Part shown: positions 39,793-48,205 of the stretch, one piece after another
Numbering within the stretch: position 1 is the first letter of the stretch
Layout of the letters: every line of letters starts with the position of its first letter
Source of the DNA: Candidatus Uhrbacteria bacterium
GTDB lineage: Bacteria; Patescibacteriota; Patescibacteriia; JACRJV01
Assembly (NCBI GenBank): GCA_016215325.1
Contig: JACRJV010000026.1
Coordinates: forward strand, 95,955 to 159,954
Length of the DNA: 64,000 nucleotides
Direction of reading: 5' to 3'
Position numbers and translations under genes: made by a program
Notes under the pieces: generated by a model
Databases searched by the model: none
Seen by the model: the letters and a program-made list of their open reading frames with translations, nothing else
What the model was told of the DNA's origin: nothing

Positions 39793-41246
39793 ACTACTGC
39801 GGACGTGCTGTGTTTCGCAAATGCGCGGACAAGACGCTCAACATCCGCGCGCGTGATAAGCCCAACCGCAACACTCAAAAGCATAAACACCATCGCACCG
39901 ATAAGAATCACCACAACAAGCGGCATAGTCTCCAACAGCGATCGCACGACAACCATCATTGCTGCTCCGGCAACGATAGAGCGTGCAAATAACCCAAGGA
40001 TGCCGCCAAAGGGGAGCGCAATCACCTGATGCGCCTTATACCAGCTCACCAGTAGAAATACGGTGTTCGCGATCAGCGAGGCAACCACAGCCCCCATCAT
40101 GCCCCACTGGGGAACAAACAAAAAATTCGCAATCACATTCACCACCATCCCCACCCCCATGGCTGTGGTTTGAAACCGCTGGTTGTTGGAACTGTTGAGC
40201 AATGCGCCAATCGGATACTGGGCGAACAAAATCACCAGCACCAGCGGCAACACTTGCGTTGCCGCAATAGCAGGTGAAAAATTGTTCCCATAAATGAGCG
40301 GCACCAATATACTGGCAATCGATGCGATCCCAAATCCAATCGCAGCGGATGCCACCACGAGCAACCGCACGCTTTCCATAAAGACTGTTGCAAGGTCCGG
40401 GCTTTTTTGTTTATAAAGGTGGCTCATGGCGGGATAGAGCGTGGCCACGAGTGCCAATGGGATAAATTGGAAGGAATAGGTGAGCTTGTACGGCACGCTA
40501 TAAAACCCAACAATTTCCTTGGGGTAATACAACCCCAACACCACGGTGTCGGTATACGCAATCATCTTGACAAACACGGCCGCCAAGGCAAACGGCCAAC
40601 ACTCCCTCAACATGGAGCGCACCGCAGTTGTATCAAATCGCGGGCGTACCCACGTGAGCGTGAACCGATGCACCAGACCCACGGAATACAGGAGGTGGAA
40701 TATGCTCGCCAACGCTAACACCAGCAAGAGCAAGGCGACCGAGCGGGATGTTGCCAGAACGGCAATCCCCCCTAAAACAGTGAGAATCTGCGCTAACACC
40801 ACCGCGATGGCCTCGTATCCGATTTTCTGTAATCCCCGTAGATAGGAATAGAGTGTGACCTGGAGCGCCTCCATGCCTACGACAAAAAATGCGATGGTCA
40901 GCAACATAGTGTCTATCGGCAACCATCCCAAAAAATGGAACAGCGCGATCCAAGCGCTCACAAACCCCATCAATATAATTTTGGCGCCCAGCGCGTCTTC
41001 GGCGTACCGCAGGCCCTGGCGATCGTCGCGAGCCGTCTCACGCACAATATAATTGGCAAATCCCCCATCCAAAAAAACGGATAGAACCTGCGAAACCGAC
41101 AATGCGTAAAAATAAATCCCCGTATTTTCGGCTCCCAGCAGTCGTGCAATCGCCGCAAAATAAAAAAAAGACAGCACTTTTTGCGCAGTGCTGGCAAAGG
41201 CCATGTAACTTGCGTTGCGAATAATCGTGCGACCGGTATGGGGCAT
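39789..41246 (-). CDS. Polysaccharide flippase (Wzx-like)
   Basis: 12-14 TMs, ARLLG...G.Y, DGG...YIVRE, VGFYS. Confidence 0.9.
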   Translation of the reverse strand: MPHTGRTIIRNASYMAFASTAQKVLSFFYFAAIARLLGAENTGIYFYALSVSQVLSVFLDGGFANYIVRETARDDRQGLRYAEDALGAKIILMGFVSAWIALFHFLGWLPIDTMLLTIAFFVVGMEALQVTLYSYLRGLQKIGYEAIAVVLAQILTVLGGIAVLATSRSVALLLLVLALASIFHLLYSVGLVHRFTLTWVRPRFDTTAVRSMLRECWPFALAAVFVKMIAYTDTVVLGLYYPKEIVGFYSVPYKLTYSFQFIPLALVATLYPAMSHLYKQKSPDLATVFMESVRLLVVASAAIGFGIASIASILVPLIYGNNFSPAIAATQVLPLVLVILFAQYPIGALLNSSNNQRFQTTAMGVGMVVNVIANFLFVPQWGMMGAVVASLIANTVFLLVSWYKAHQVIALPFGGILGLFARSIVAGAAMMVVVRSLLETMPLVVVILIGAMVFMLLSVAVGLITRADVERLVRAFAKHSTSAVV

Positions 41247-41248
41247 AA

Positions 41249-41851
41249 TTATGAATTGTTTGGAATCCTAGGGTTAACCTTAGGATTCTTTTTGTACAGC
41301 CGCTCCAGCAGCGCATCAACTCCTTGCTTTGTTTTGGTGGAAAAAGGAATAATCTCTGCCTCAGGAATTTCGTTTTGAAGGGCGCTCAATTGCCACTGGA
41401 CCGGTTTAAGCTTATCAATTTTATTGGCAATAACAACAAAGGGTATTCCCCCCGCAGTCAAAACTTGGATCATCTCGCGATCAAAACCGGTGAGCCCCAC
41501 CACGCTATCGATGGCCAGGGCCACTGTCAACGACTCGACTCCCGACCGCGTCAGATACCAAAGGATCATCTTTCGAATTTTTTCACGCTCGTCATGACTG
41601 GTGCGCGCATACCCATAGCCCGGTAAATCTACAAAATAAAATTCGTTGTTGATCAAATAAAAATTAATCTCCGTGGTCTTTCCGGGTTTTTTCCCCACGC
41701 GCGCCAACTCATTCTGGAGCGTCAACGCATTGAGGAGGCTGGATTTGCCCACGTTGGATCGCCCCACAAAAGCAATCTGCTTGCGACCATCCGTCACAAT
41801 ATCATCTGTCCCCCGAATTCCTTTAATAAACCTCGCAGATCGTATCATCAT
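41249..41851 (-). CDS. engB: Ribosome biogenesis GTPase EngB/YihA
   Basis: GRSNVGKSS, PGKT, DLPGYGYA, NKID. Confidence 0.96.
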   Translation of the reverse strand: MMIRSARFIKGIRGTDDIVTDGRKQIAFVGRSNVGKSSLLNALTLQNELARVGKKPGKTTEINFYLINNEFYFVDLPGYGYARTSHDEREKIRKMILWYLTRSGVESLTVALAIDSVVGLTGFDREMIQVLTAGGIPFVVIANKIDKLKPVQWQLSALQNEIPEAEIIPFSTKTKQGVDALLERLYKKNPKVNPRIPNNS

Positions 41852-42348
41852 ACATCCCCGTCCTTCACCAACCCAATATCCTTAAAAAAAATTTTGATGG
41901 TCTCTCCTTCGCTGCAGTCCGCAGACGGATGTTGAAATATTTCAAAGTGGAGATGTGGCAGAAACCCATATCCGGTTCTGCCGCTATATCCAATGAGTTC
42001 GCCTTCAACCACACGTTGCCCAACATGAACCAATACTCCTTGTGGTTTAAAATGCTCATACGCGCTGTACTCATCATGATCGTGCCGAATCACCACGCGA
42101 TTGCCTTGGAGCCAATATTTTTTTGCGACCCCTCCGTAGAGTCCATCATTTTTTACCCAAACGACAAGGCCGGATGCTGCGGCTACAATCGGCGTGCCCG
42201 TTGGTACCATGATATCAATCGCATGACGCACGGTACCCGAGTGCGCCCCAGCCACCCAATCTTCAATCAACCATAATAATTTTCTCCAACGTTTTGGACC
42301 GAGACGTGATAGGTCCAAGGGCAACCGATAGTCATTTTTAGATTGCAT
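41848..42348 (-). CDS. M23 family peptidase
   Basis: H...AID, GTPIVAAASG, GNRVVIRH, YEH, PHLHFE. Confidence 0.92.
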   Translation of the reverse strand: MQSKNDYRLPLDLSRLGPKRWRKLLWLIEDWVAGAHSGTVRHAIDIMVPTGTPIVAAASGLVVWVKNDGLYGGVAKKYWLQGNRVVIRHDHDEYSAYEHFKPQGVLVHVGQRVVEGELIGYSGRTGYGFLPHLHFEIFQHPSADCSEGETIKIFFKDIGLVKDGDV

Positions 42349-42453
42349 ACCCCAACACCATAGCACGATCAGAAAACTTAATATACCCCTCGATAGGCAG
42401 AAAACGTACCGACACACTCATTCTCACATTCTCAAGTTTGTAAGGGTGTTTGT

Positions 42454-43398
42454 CTAGTACCGGAACTCACTACTGTTAAAGCGCCATCCGCGCCCTTCTT
42501 CGATCTGTTTTTGCTCATCGGGCTTTAATACGGTCAACAAGAAATGTTCATCAAAAATGTGCCACACAAACTGATAGCCTGAATCCTTGATCAACTCATT
42601 TAACTCTCGGAATGGCTTGGCGGTCCACCACCGCTCATAGGGATGTGGAAAATGGATGACAAGAGGCCGTCCATTCCAGCGGAATCGAACGGGGATCCAC
42701 TTTTGCTCATTCTCATAATCTTTCTCCGGGTCACCCGACAACGTCGCGCGCCACAATTCTTCCCGGCGCTCCCATTCTTCACCAGACACCGATTCCCACC
42801 GATGCTCATGTTCGGAATAATCGATATCCGTTGGCGTAAATACTCCCCGCGAGATGCTTCCCCACTGCTCGAGAAATTTTTTATACGAATCTTTGTCGGT
42901 ATTCTCTGAGATATGTTCGGTGCTGAATACCCAAACGCGTGTCGTATCGCACTGCAACAAAAGAATATCTTCTCCGGGATATTCCGGATCGAAGCCAGTG
43001 CATGGGTCCTGCGGAAGAAACACACTCTGAAGCGCATCCTTGCCCTCGTTTCGAATACGAATGATTTCTTGTGTAACGTCTTGGTCGCTCATTGCGGACT
43101 TACCGGCAAAATCAAAGAATCCGAATGATCCATAAAATCGAGTCGATTCAAGAAGCCACTGCTCGGGCGATAACATCTCCAGATATTTACGATTGCGCCT
43201 CATCGTTCTTTTTACTTTTCGATCGGGAGAAAACCGATCGTAGAGGAAAATGACAATGGCCAGTTTGACAACCAATCCAATTGTTTTATATGGATCGACC
43301 ACTCCGTTATCAATCATCCCCAATACAGTCAGTATGACGTCAAAAAGATACACTAGGATAACAAAGGAGATGAAACGCGTCATATTGACAAAACTCAT
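42454..43398 (-). CDS. Hypothetical protein with two N-terminal TMs
   Basis: 314-aa ORF filling the interval between repeat copies 1 and 2. Confidence 0.8.
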   Translation of the reverse strand: MSFVNMTRFISFVILVYLFDVILTVLGMIDNGVVDPYKTIGLVVKLAIVIFLYDRFSPDRKVKRTMRRNRKYLEMLSPEQWLLESTRFYGSFGFFDFAGKSAMSDQDVTQEIIRIRNEGKDALQSVFLPQDPCTGFDPEYPGEDILLLQCDTTRVWVFSTEHISENTDKDSYKKFLEQWGSISRGVFTPTDIDYSEHEHRWESVSGEEWERREELWRATLSGDPEKDYENEQKWIPVRFRWNGRPLVIHFPHPYERWWTAKPFRELNELIKDSGYQFVWHIFDEHFLLTVLKPDEQKQIEEGRGWRFNSSEFRY

Positions 43399-43428
43399 TC
43401 TCACATTCTCAAGTTTGTAAGGATGTTG

Positions 43429-43713
43429 TTAGTTCCGCTGGAACGACTTCAAGAATCGGACAAGTGTTTTGCCGTACGGGGAGAGCGTATGCTCAACAAA
43501 CTTCCCGCGATATTTCTTGTCAATCAGTCCTGCAGTAAACAAACGGCGCGTATGTTCCCCGATCGTTTTCGTATTTGCCCCGACCTCATCGACAATGTCG
43601 AATAACGTCATGGGCCCGCGCTGTGCAACGAGCAGCAAGATCTCAATGCGATAATGATTGGCGACCCCCTTGAGGTGGCGCTCCATCTGTTTGGCGGTTT
43701 TAACTTTTTGCAT
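43429..43713 (-). CDS. ArsR-like winged HTH protein
   Basis: KGVANHYRIEIL, TIGEHTRRLFTAGLI, wing KKYRGKFVEH. Confidence 0.88.
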   Translation of the reverse strand: MQKVKTAKQMERHLKGVANHYRIEILLLVAQRGPMTLFDIVDEVGANTKTIGEHTRRLFTAGLIDKKYRGKFVEHTLSPYGKTLVRFLKSFQRN

Positions 43714-43879
43714 ACACAAAACAATTACCCATCGTCGAGATAACGGGAGTATATCAAAACATTCTCACATTCTCAAGTTTGTAAGGATGTCAGGACTCAA
43801 TCCGCTTTGTAGTTGACCGAAGAAATGTGGATCATCCACCTCTGCTGACGCTGTGGCGAGAACATTCTTTCGTCGTATC

Positions 43880-43907
43880 AAAAACACCCCCACAGAAAGG
43901 GGTGTTT
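43880..43907 (-). terminator. Terminator of the ribosomal operon
   Basis: AAACACCCC-8nt-GGGGTGTTT with a T-tract after rpsI. Confidence 0.8.
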
Positions 43908-43927
43908 AGTGTTTTTGATCCCCGGGC

Positions 43928-44542
43928 TTAGCGTTTGGAGAATTGTGGCGCTCGGCGCGCTCCCTTGAGTCCTGGCTTCTTTCGTTCACGACGGCGCGGA
44001 TCGCGCGTGAGATACCCACTCTTTTTAAGAGCCTTTCGGAATACAGGGTTGAGCTCGAGCATGAGTCGCGAGATTCCATGGCGTACCGCCTCGGCCTGGC
44101 CCATCGTGCCACCGCCGCTGACCTTGCAAGTAATCTCGTGCCGCTCCCATTGGCCGACCGCTTTCAGCGGCGAGCTTACCATCAGTTGCAATACTTCGGT
44201 CGGAAAATATTCTTCCCAGGGTCGGCCATTCACCGTAATCGACGCGCTCTTCCCACCCCGCTGCAACCGCACCCGCGCCACGGAAGTCTTCCGGCGTCCC
44301 ACGGCTTCAATATACGTACCGCGGTTAGCGACTTGGACGGCGCGAACTTCCGATTCAATCGGTGCCGGCACTAATGATGGTTCTTCTGTTTCTTTCTTCA
44401 CAGCAGTTTTGCGCGGGCTGGTTTTGCGGACAGCGTCTGATTTTGCCGTAGCTGATTTACGCGACGCCCTTCGTGGCTTGGCTGGTTCAGTCTGTTCCGA
44501 TTGTACGGGAGTCGTTGTGGCAGTCGGTTCTGGCATAATCAA
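43928..44542 (-). CDS. rpsI: 30S ribosomal protein S9 with N-terminal extension
   Basis: GRRKTSVARV, GGGTMGQAEA, TRDPR..ERKKPG, QFSKR. Confidence 0.98.
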   Translation of the reverse strand: MIMPEPTATTTPVQSEQTEPAKPRRASRKSATAKSDAVRKTSPRKTAVKKETEEPSLVPAPIESEVRAVQVANRGTYIEAVGRRKTSVARVRLQRGGKSASITVNGRPWEEYFPTEVLQLMVSSPLKAVGQWERHEITCKVSGGGTMGQAEAVRHGISRLMLELNPVFRKALKKSGYLTRDPRRRERKKPGLKGARRAPQFSKR

Positions 44543-44545
44543 ATA

Positions 44546-44908
44546 TTATTCAATTATTAGGCGTTTCATCATCCCGATTCGGAGGCGATTTTCCGGCAAC
44601 ATTCCCATCACGGCATGCTTGAGTACCCACGCCGGATCCTTCGACCAAATCTCGTTAAGCTTGCGCTCTTTCATGCCGCCCAGATAGCCGGAGTAATGAT
44701 AATACACTTTTGTCGCGAGCTTAGAACCCTTGATGCTGGCTTTAGAAATATTTTTGACCACAACCATATCGCCCTCATCCAAATGGACACGGAATGATGG
44801 TTTATGTTTTCCACGCAATAGTGTCGCAATCCGCGTTGCTAAGCGTCCGACCGACTGGCCTTCGGCATCCAGCTCGTGGCGATCACGATGGAGAGTTCGA
44901 GTAGGCAT
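44546..44908 (-). CDS. rplM: 50S ribosomal protein L13
   Basis: GRLAT.IA..LRGKHKP, HSGYLGG, GMLP.N. Confidence 0.98.
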   Translation of the reverse strand: MPTRTLHRDRHELDAEGQSVGRLATRIATLLRGKHKPSFRVHLDEGDMVVVKNISKASIKGSKLATKVYYHYSGYLGGMKERKLNEIWSKDPAWVLKHAVMGMLPENRLRIGMMKRLIIE

Positions 44909-44913
44909 AGATT

Positions 44914-45306
44914 TTAGGCTTTTTTGCTTAGTTGCGTTCCCGCTTCTGGAGCACTTTCGACAAACAATAACGCGCTCATTTCGGCGTTATCCCCTTTTCG
45001 GGCAGCTAATTTTACCCGTCGAGTGTATCCACCGGGTCGGCTCTGATACCGGACCGAAAGAACTTCGAGCACCTTGCTGACCGCCTTTGGTTTTGGAAGC
45101 AACTTTAACAATTGCCGGCGATGTGCCAGGGTCGGCTGTTTGCCAATGGTGATCAGCTTTTCCACAAATGGCTGCACCGCGCGCGCCTTTGCATGCGTTG
45201 TCACAATTTTTTCATGATAGACAAGCGATTCGGCCAGGTGTTGCAATAATGCCTTTCGCGGGGCCTTTGCTCTATCTAAAACAAATCCCTTTTTTCGATG
45301 GCGCAT
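44914..45306 (-). CDS. rplQ: 50S ribosomal protein L17
   Basis: MRHRK, TT..KA, RPGGYTR, RKGDNA. Confidence 0.98.
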   Translation of the reverse strand: MRHRKKGFVLDRAKAPRKALLQHLAESLVYHEKIVTTHAKARAVQPFVEKLITIGKQPTLAHRRQLLKLLPKPKAVSKVLEVLSVRYQSRPGGYTRRVKLAARKGDNAEMSALLFVESAPEAGTQLSKKA

Positions 45307-45314
45307 ACGGAAGC

Positions 45315-46064
45315 TTAGGGTTGATCAGTGCTTTCCAAAGGGGCTTCTTGTTCAACCACTACTCCCTGGCCCGTAGAAAGTGTTTGCAAAAATTGAAATT
45401 GATCGATCAAAATAGCAAGGGACTGTTCCACCGCCTCTTGTGGCGAAACCGTCCCGTCGGTTTCCACCGCTAGTTGGAGTTTATCATAGTTGGTCATCTG
45501 CCCGACACGAACGTTTTCGAGGTGTACTCCAACGCTGCGCACAGGGGTAAAAATGGCATCCACAGCAATTGTGCCAATCGCGAGCTTCTGTTTTGTATCG
45601 CGAGTTTCCGTCGGAACATATCCTCTCCCCCGTTCAATGGTAAACTCCATTGAAAGGCGAGCGTCCTTCGCTGTGAGGGTAGCAATGACTTGTTCCGACG
45701 ACGCAACCTCTACCTGCGCATTGGGTTCAATGTCAGCAGCAGTCACTGTTTTCGCCCCTCGCGCATTAAGACGAACGGTGACCGGTTCATCGCCGTGGAG
45801 GCGGAATCGCAACTGTTTGATGTTTAACAAAATTTCGACGATATCTTCCTTCACGTTTTCTATCGTTGAAAACTCATGACTTACGCCATCAATCCGGACA
45901 GCGACGACGGCAGCGCCGGGTAACGAATTGAGTAATACCCTTCGCAAGGCATTGCCCAGCGTTGTCCCATACCCTGGGAACAACGGCTCAATGACGAGCG
46001 TCTTACGGTTGCTCGAATCGCCCTGTTGCCATGCAAATTTGCTTGGCTTGGAAATAGTTTCCAT
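45315..46064 (-). CDS. rpoA: RNA polymerase alpha subunit lacking the C-terminal domain
   Basis: EPLFPGYGTTLGNALRRVLL, HEFSTI, DAIFTPV; ends at 249 aa. Confidence 0.97.
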   Translation of the reverse strand: METISKPSKFAWQQGDSSNRKTLVIEPLFPGYGTTLGNALRRVLLNSLPGAAVVAVRIDGVSHEFSTIENVKEDIVEILLNIKQLRFRLHGDEPVTVRLNARGAKTVTAADIEPNAQVEVASSEQVIATLTAKDARLSMEFTIERGRGYVPTETRDTKQKLAIGTIAVDAIFTPVRSVGVHLENVRVGQMTNYDKLQLAVETDGTVSPQEAVEQSLAILIDQFQFLQTLSTGQGVVVEQEAPLESTDQP

Positions 46065-46070
46065 AATGCG

Positions 46071-46688
46071 TTACCGTGAATAGAATTCGACAATCGAACG
46101 AATATTAAATTGCGGGGGCATCTCATTTGCTTCGGGGCGCCGAACAATCGTGGCTTCCAGAGTCTGATTATTGATCGCAATCCATTGCGGTAGCGCGCGA
46201 TCCGATCGCTGGTCAGCAATCGATTTTATCCCGGTGGGTACCTGGCCGCTCCCATTGCGCTTGAGGCCAATGACATCCCCTGGTTTCGTCTGATAGGACG
46301 GAACGTCCACGCGTTTCCCATTCACCGTAATGTGGCCATGGCTTACGATCTGTCGGGCCTGAAATTGTGTCTGCGCATATCCCGATCGCACGACAACGCT
46401 ATCCAAACGCAATTCGAGTGCTTGCCCCATCAGTGTTCCAGTATTGCCTTTAATACCGATCGCAATATCGTAATATCGTCGCATTTGGCGCTCTCGCAAC
46501 CCGTAACTGCGTTTGACCTTTTGTTTTTCGCGCAACTGTGTTCCGTAGGGGGTCAGCTTCCCGTAGCCATTCGGCCCATGGATCCCCGGAGGAGACGGAC
46601 GGCGTTTGACCGCGCATTTGACGCGGCCGCACAACGATACGCCTTCGCGGCGACACATTTTGCAGGTTACTCGATACACACTAGCCAT
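46071..46688 (-). CDS. rpsD: 30S ribosomal protein S4
   Basis: CKMCRREG, QLREKQK, LELRLD, IVEFYSR. Confidence 0.98.
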   Translation of the reverse strand: MASVYRVTCKMCRREGVSLCGRVKCAVKRRPSPPGIHGPNGYGKLTPYGTQLREKQKVKRSYGLRERQMRRYYDIAIGIKGNTGTLMGQALELRLDSVVVRSGYAQTQFQARQIVSHGHITVNGKRVDVPSYQTKPGDVIGLKRNGSGQVPTGIKSIADQRSDRALPQWIAINNQTLEATIVRRPEANEMPPQFNIRSIVEFYSR

Positions 46689-46696
46689 ACTGTCGA

Positions 46697-46790
46697 TAAT
46701 TTTCAATTTTCAGTTTACAATTTTCAATTCAGTCGCATGTTTGAAAATTGTGTCTTGAAAATTCATTGGAAATTGATAATTGAAAATTTA
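46697..46790. repeat. Inverted heptamer arrays between rpsK and rpsD
   Basis: aattttc-aattttc-agtttac-aattttc ... gaaaatt units. Confidence 0.88.
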
Positions 46791-46797
46791 CTATATA

Positions 46798-47286
46798 CTA
46801 TACTCGACGTACTTTGGGCGGTCTCGGCCCATTATGCGGCAATGGAGTAATGTCCTTGATCGATAATACCTCGAGACCATTGGCATTGAGCGCCCGCACG
46901 GCAGCTTCCCTGCCTGCTCCGACACCTTTCACGAACACTTCCACCTCTTTGAGCCCCGATCCTTCGATACGGCTCACTGCATCGCGCACCACGATCCCTG
47001 CGGCATAGGACGTCGACTTCTTGGGTCCCCGGAAGCCCACCTTCCCAGACGAAGACCACGATAAGACGTTGCCTTGCGGATCAGTAAACGTGATGATGGT
47101 ATTATTGTACGTTGCCTGGACATAAGCGCGTCCACGCGGCACCATCCGGACCAACTTTTTCTTTTTTCTACGATCTTTCGAGGGTTTTTTTTCTGCCCCT
47201 TCAGACTTCACAACATCCGTAGCAAGACTTGCGTCTAGGGCCGCTTCTTCTGTTGCTGGAAGTATTGTTTGATCATCCATTGCCAT
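46798..47286 (-). CDS. rpsK: 30S ribosomal protein S11
   Basis: ATYNNT, GFRGPKKST, DITPLPHNG. Confidence 0.98.
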   Translation of the reverse strand: MAMDDQTILPATEEAALDASLATDVVKSEGAEKKPSKDRRKKKKLVRMVPRGRAYVQATYNNTIITFTDPQGNVLSWSSSGKVGFRGPKKSTSYAAGIVVRDAVSRIEGSGLKEVEVFVKGVGAGREAAVRALNANGLEVLSIKDITPLPHNGPRPPKVRRV

Positions 47287-47310
47287 ACCGTGTGGTACGA
47301 TAAATTCTTA

Positions 47311-47703
47311 TTACGTCTTCTGCGCGGGCGCCTTACGGCCGCTGCCCATGGTCTTGCGTACGTTGCCGCGGACGGTACGGGTGTTTGTTTTGGTGCGCTG
47401 GCCGCGAACCGGCAAATGTTTTGAATGCCGGATTCCACGATACGAACCAATTTCCTTGAGTCGCTTGATATTAAGCAATACCTCTCTACGCAAGTCTCCT
47501 TCAATGATGTAACTTTTTTCAATAAAACTTCGGAGTTTGGTTGCCTGATCTTCGGTAAGATCCTTGGTTCGAATCCCTGGCGCCACACCGGTCTGTTCCA
47601 ATGCAATATTCGCGCGTTTGGGGCCGACGCCATACAAATACCGCAGTGCAATTTCAATGCGCTTGTTTGCCGGCAACATCAGTCCTTTGATAATAACGGC
47701 CAT
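47311..47703 (-). CDS. rpsM: 30S ribosomal protein S13
   Basis: YLYGVG, EGDLRR, LPVRGQRTKTN. Confidence 0.98.
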   Translation of the reverse strand: MAVIIKGLMLPANKRIEIALRYLYGVGPKRANIALEQTGVAPGIRTKDLTEDQATKLRSFIEKSYIIEGDLRREVLLNIKRLKEIGSYRGIRHSKHLPVRGQRTKTNTRTVRGNVRKTMGSGRKAPAQKT

Positions 47704-47709
47704 AGTGTA

Positions 47710-47788
47710 ATTTCAGATTTTAGATTGTAGATTGATGATTCTAGAGCGTATGCGATTATTCTGCAATCTGAAATCTAAAATCTGCAAT
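47710..47788. repeat. Inverted heptamer arrays between rpmJ and rpsM
   Basis: atttcag-attttag-attgtag-att ... ctgcaat-ctgaaat-ctaaaat-ctgcaat. Confidence 0.88.
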
Positions 47789-47792
47789 GTGT

Positions 47793-47906
47793 TCAACCTT
47801 GTCTCTGTTTGTGCTTTGGCACAATACAACTCACCACAACGCGGCGACGGCGACGGCTTAATACACATTTATCGCAAATTTTTTTCACGCTCGGTCGAAC
47901 CTTCAT
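47793..47906 (-). CDS. rpmJ: 50S ribosomal protein L36 (absent from the ORF track)
   Basis: Manual translation [37 protein letters not shown]. Confidence 0.97.
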   Translation of the reverse strand: MKVRPSVKKICDKCVLSRRRRRVVVSCIVPKHKQRQG

Positions 47907-47911
47907 AACTA

Positions 47912-48130
47912 TTAAAACCGATACACGATCCTCCCTTTTGTGAGGTCGTACGGTGTCATCTGCACCTTCACCTGATCGCCGGGAATAATCCGTATACTAT
48001 TAAGGCGCATCTTTCCCGAAAGATGCGCGATCACAACATGTCCATTTTCCAGTTCTACCCGGAATGTCCCCGCAGGCAATAATTCAACGACTTTTCCAGT
48101 AAATTCAATGACTTCTTTGGAATCACTCAC
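47912..48130 (-). CDS. infA: Translation initiation factor IF-1
   Basis: [26 protein letters not shown]; GTG start. Confidence 0.98.
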   Translation of the reverse strand: MSDSKEVIEFTGKVVELLPAGTFRVELENGHVVIAHLSGKMRLNSIRIIPGDQVKVQMTPYDLTKGRIVYRF

Positions 48131-48205
48131 AAGGGACAGAGATAACATCGACTCCCCAAGATTTCGGAGAGTTTAGCCACACGATAGCATAAATGAAGGG
48201 TGGGG

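Larger units (their letters stand above)
42419..43786. repeat. Three exact 27-bp direct repeats CATTCTCACATTCTCAAGTTTGTAAGG
   Basis: Copies at 42419-42445, 43396-43422 and 43760-43786. Confidence 0.95.

Noticed and set aside
42419-43786. CRISPR array from the three 27-bp repeats
   Set aside because: Intervals are 950 and 337 bp and contain whole genes; no cas genes in the window.
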